Assembly (NCBI GenBank): GCA_038087875.1
Contig: CM075989.1
Span: forward strand, 16,928,001-16,992,000
Source: Malacoraja senta
Taxonomy: Eukaryota
Direction: 5' to 3'
DNA length: 64,000 bases
The notes beneath the pieces were generated by a model. The model did no database searches. It was not told the DNA's origin and saw only the letters and a list, made by a program, of their open reading frames with translations. The translations under genes were made by a program, and so were the position numbers. This document shows, piece by piece, positions 62,727-64,000 of the stretch (the stretch's first letter is position 1; each line of letters begins with the position of its first letter).

Positions 62727-63209
62727 ATTTCCCTCCAGAAATGTTGTCTGTCTGGCTGAGTTACTCCAGCATTTTACGTCTATCTCTGATGTATATAGTC
62801 CTTGGTTCTGAAGTGTATGAGACAGCAGGTAACCAGTGACCATGTTTTTTTTAGATTTACGTGATTTTTGAAGAAGCATTTTCTCAGATTGGCAAAGCTG
62901 AATCTGGTGAATCTTCTCAACCTTGTCTTCATTGACGGGTGGGTTCCTGAGAAATGGGAGGTGATCCATATTTACCAGGATCTCAGCATGGATCTTGAAT
63001 TGAAAGGAACGGTTTTGTGTGGAAAGGGGAGGTTTGTGAAGGACCAGTTGTCTTCTGAATATTTTATGCAGAATTCACTCAATTGTTTACTTCAATAAAG
63101 ATTTGAGCAATGACTCCAAGCTTGGTCTCTATGTATGCATAAAAGCAAATGTCAACGCATACTGCACCTGAAGCTATATATGTATTACTACCTAGAAGTG
63201 TAGCTAAAA

Positions 63210-63965
63210 AAATTGATGAAGTGAAGCAGCAGGCGTGGTGTACATGGACATTAGTAAGGCTTTTGACAAGTCCCACAGGGTAGATTGGTCCAGAAAGTGA
63301 ATGCACAAATAATCCATGACATGTTGGAAAACTGGATTTAAAATTGGCTTGTTGAAGGGAGAAGGGGGGTAGTTGTGAATGGGTGTTTTTGTAACTGGAA
63401 ATCTGTAACAAGTAGTGAACCTCAGATCAGTGCTGGGACCTTTGTTTATAATATTGGATGAGAATATAGGGGTATGATCAGTATATTTGCTGGTGGGGTT
63501 ATAGATAGCAAAGAAAGTTGTCTGATGATACACCAGGATACAGATCAACTGGAAATCTGGATGGAGAGGCCACAGGTGGATTTTAAATCAGGAAAGTGTG
63601 CAGGAGTACACTTTGGGAGTGCAGAGATGTTAAGAGCATTGATGTACTGAGAGACCTTGGGTCGCAAGGCCATAGTTACCTGAAAGTGGTAACACAGGTG
63701 TGGAAAGGATTTAAAAAAAAACAGCCTTTAGTATGGTTACCTTTATAGGCCAAGACATTAAATATGAGTTTGGACGTTAGTTTGCAGTTGTACAAACCAT
63801 TAGTTAGACCGCAATTACAATGAAAAGGCATTTAGTCAAGTCGACGGATAGCAAAGGCATAGAGAGATATGTGTCAAAAGCAGGCAAATGGCATCATGAT
63901 CAGCATGGTTGAGGTGGACTGGAAGGGTCTCTTTCTGTGCTGTACGTTTCTATGATTCTATGTCT
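63210..63965 (+). mobile_element. Decayed CR1 RT fragment
   Basis: GTGTACATGGACATTAGTAAGGCTTTTGACAAG (VYMDxSKAFDK), CCTCAG-ATCAGTGCTGGGACC; tail TCTATGAT. Confidence 0.75.
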
Positions 63966-64000
63966 CACCTGTGGCAGAGTCTGGTATCGCACCTTGGCCT

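Overview
Vertebrate, repeat-rich genomic DNA, most likely from a cartilaginous fish (skate/ray-like; inferred from HE1-type V-SINEs and the abundant Penelope-derived palindromic elements), with one 200-N gap. Three host-gene relics or genes sit among many transposons. (1) A BCL2A1/Bfl-1-like Bcl-2 exon at 29774-30196/30214 (+) whose BH1 motif reads NWDR instead of NWGR. (2) Exons 2 and 3 of MTHFS (+; 33802-34061 and 59710-59900), each with a damaging lesion (2-bp frameshift; 11-codon deletion), and no recognisable exon 1. (3) A four-exon, apparently intact, secreted globular-C1q gene nested antisense in the MTHFS intron (55543-50252), assembled here from splice sites; the ORF track shows only part of its last exon. 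Mobile DNA includes four non-autonomous Helitrons carrying tandem arrays (44, 48, 70 and ~67 bp) and promoter-like cassettes, a near-intact Passport-like Tc1 transposon, nested L1/CR1/L2/Rex1 LINEs, Penelope fragments with hammerhead-ribozyme cores, a Harbinger MITE, a 7-bp-TSD DNA element and a 1.4-kb local duplication. Gene names rest on recalled family sequences, not database searches.
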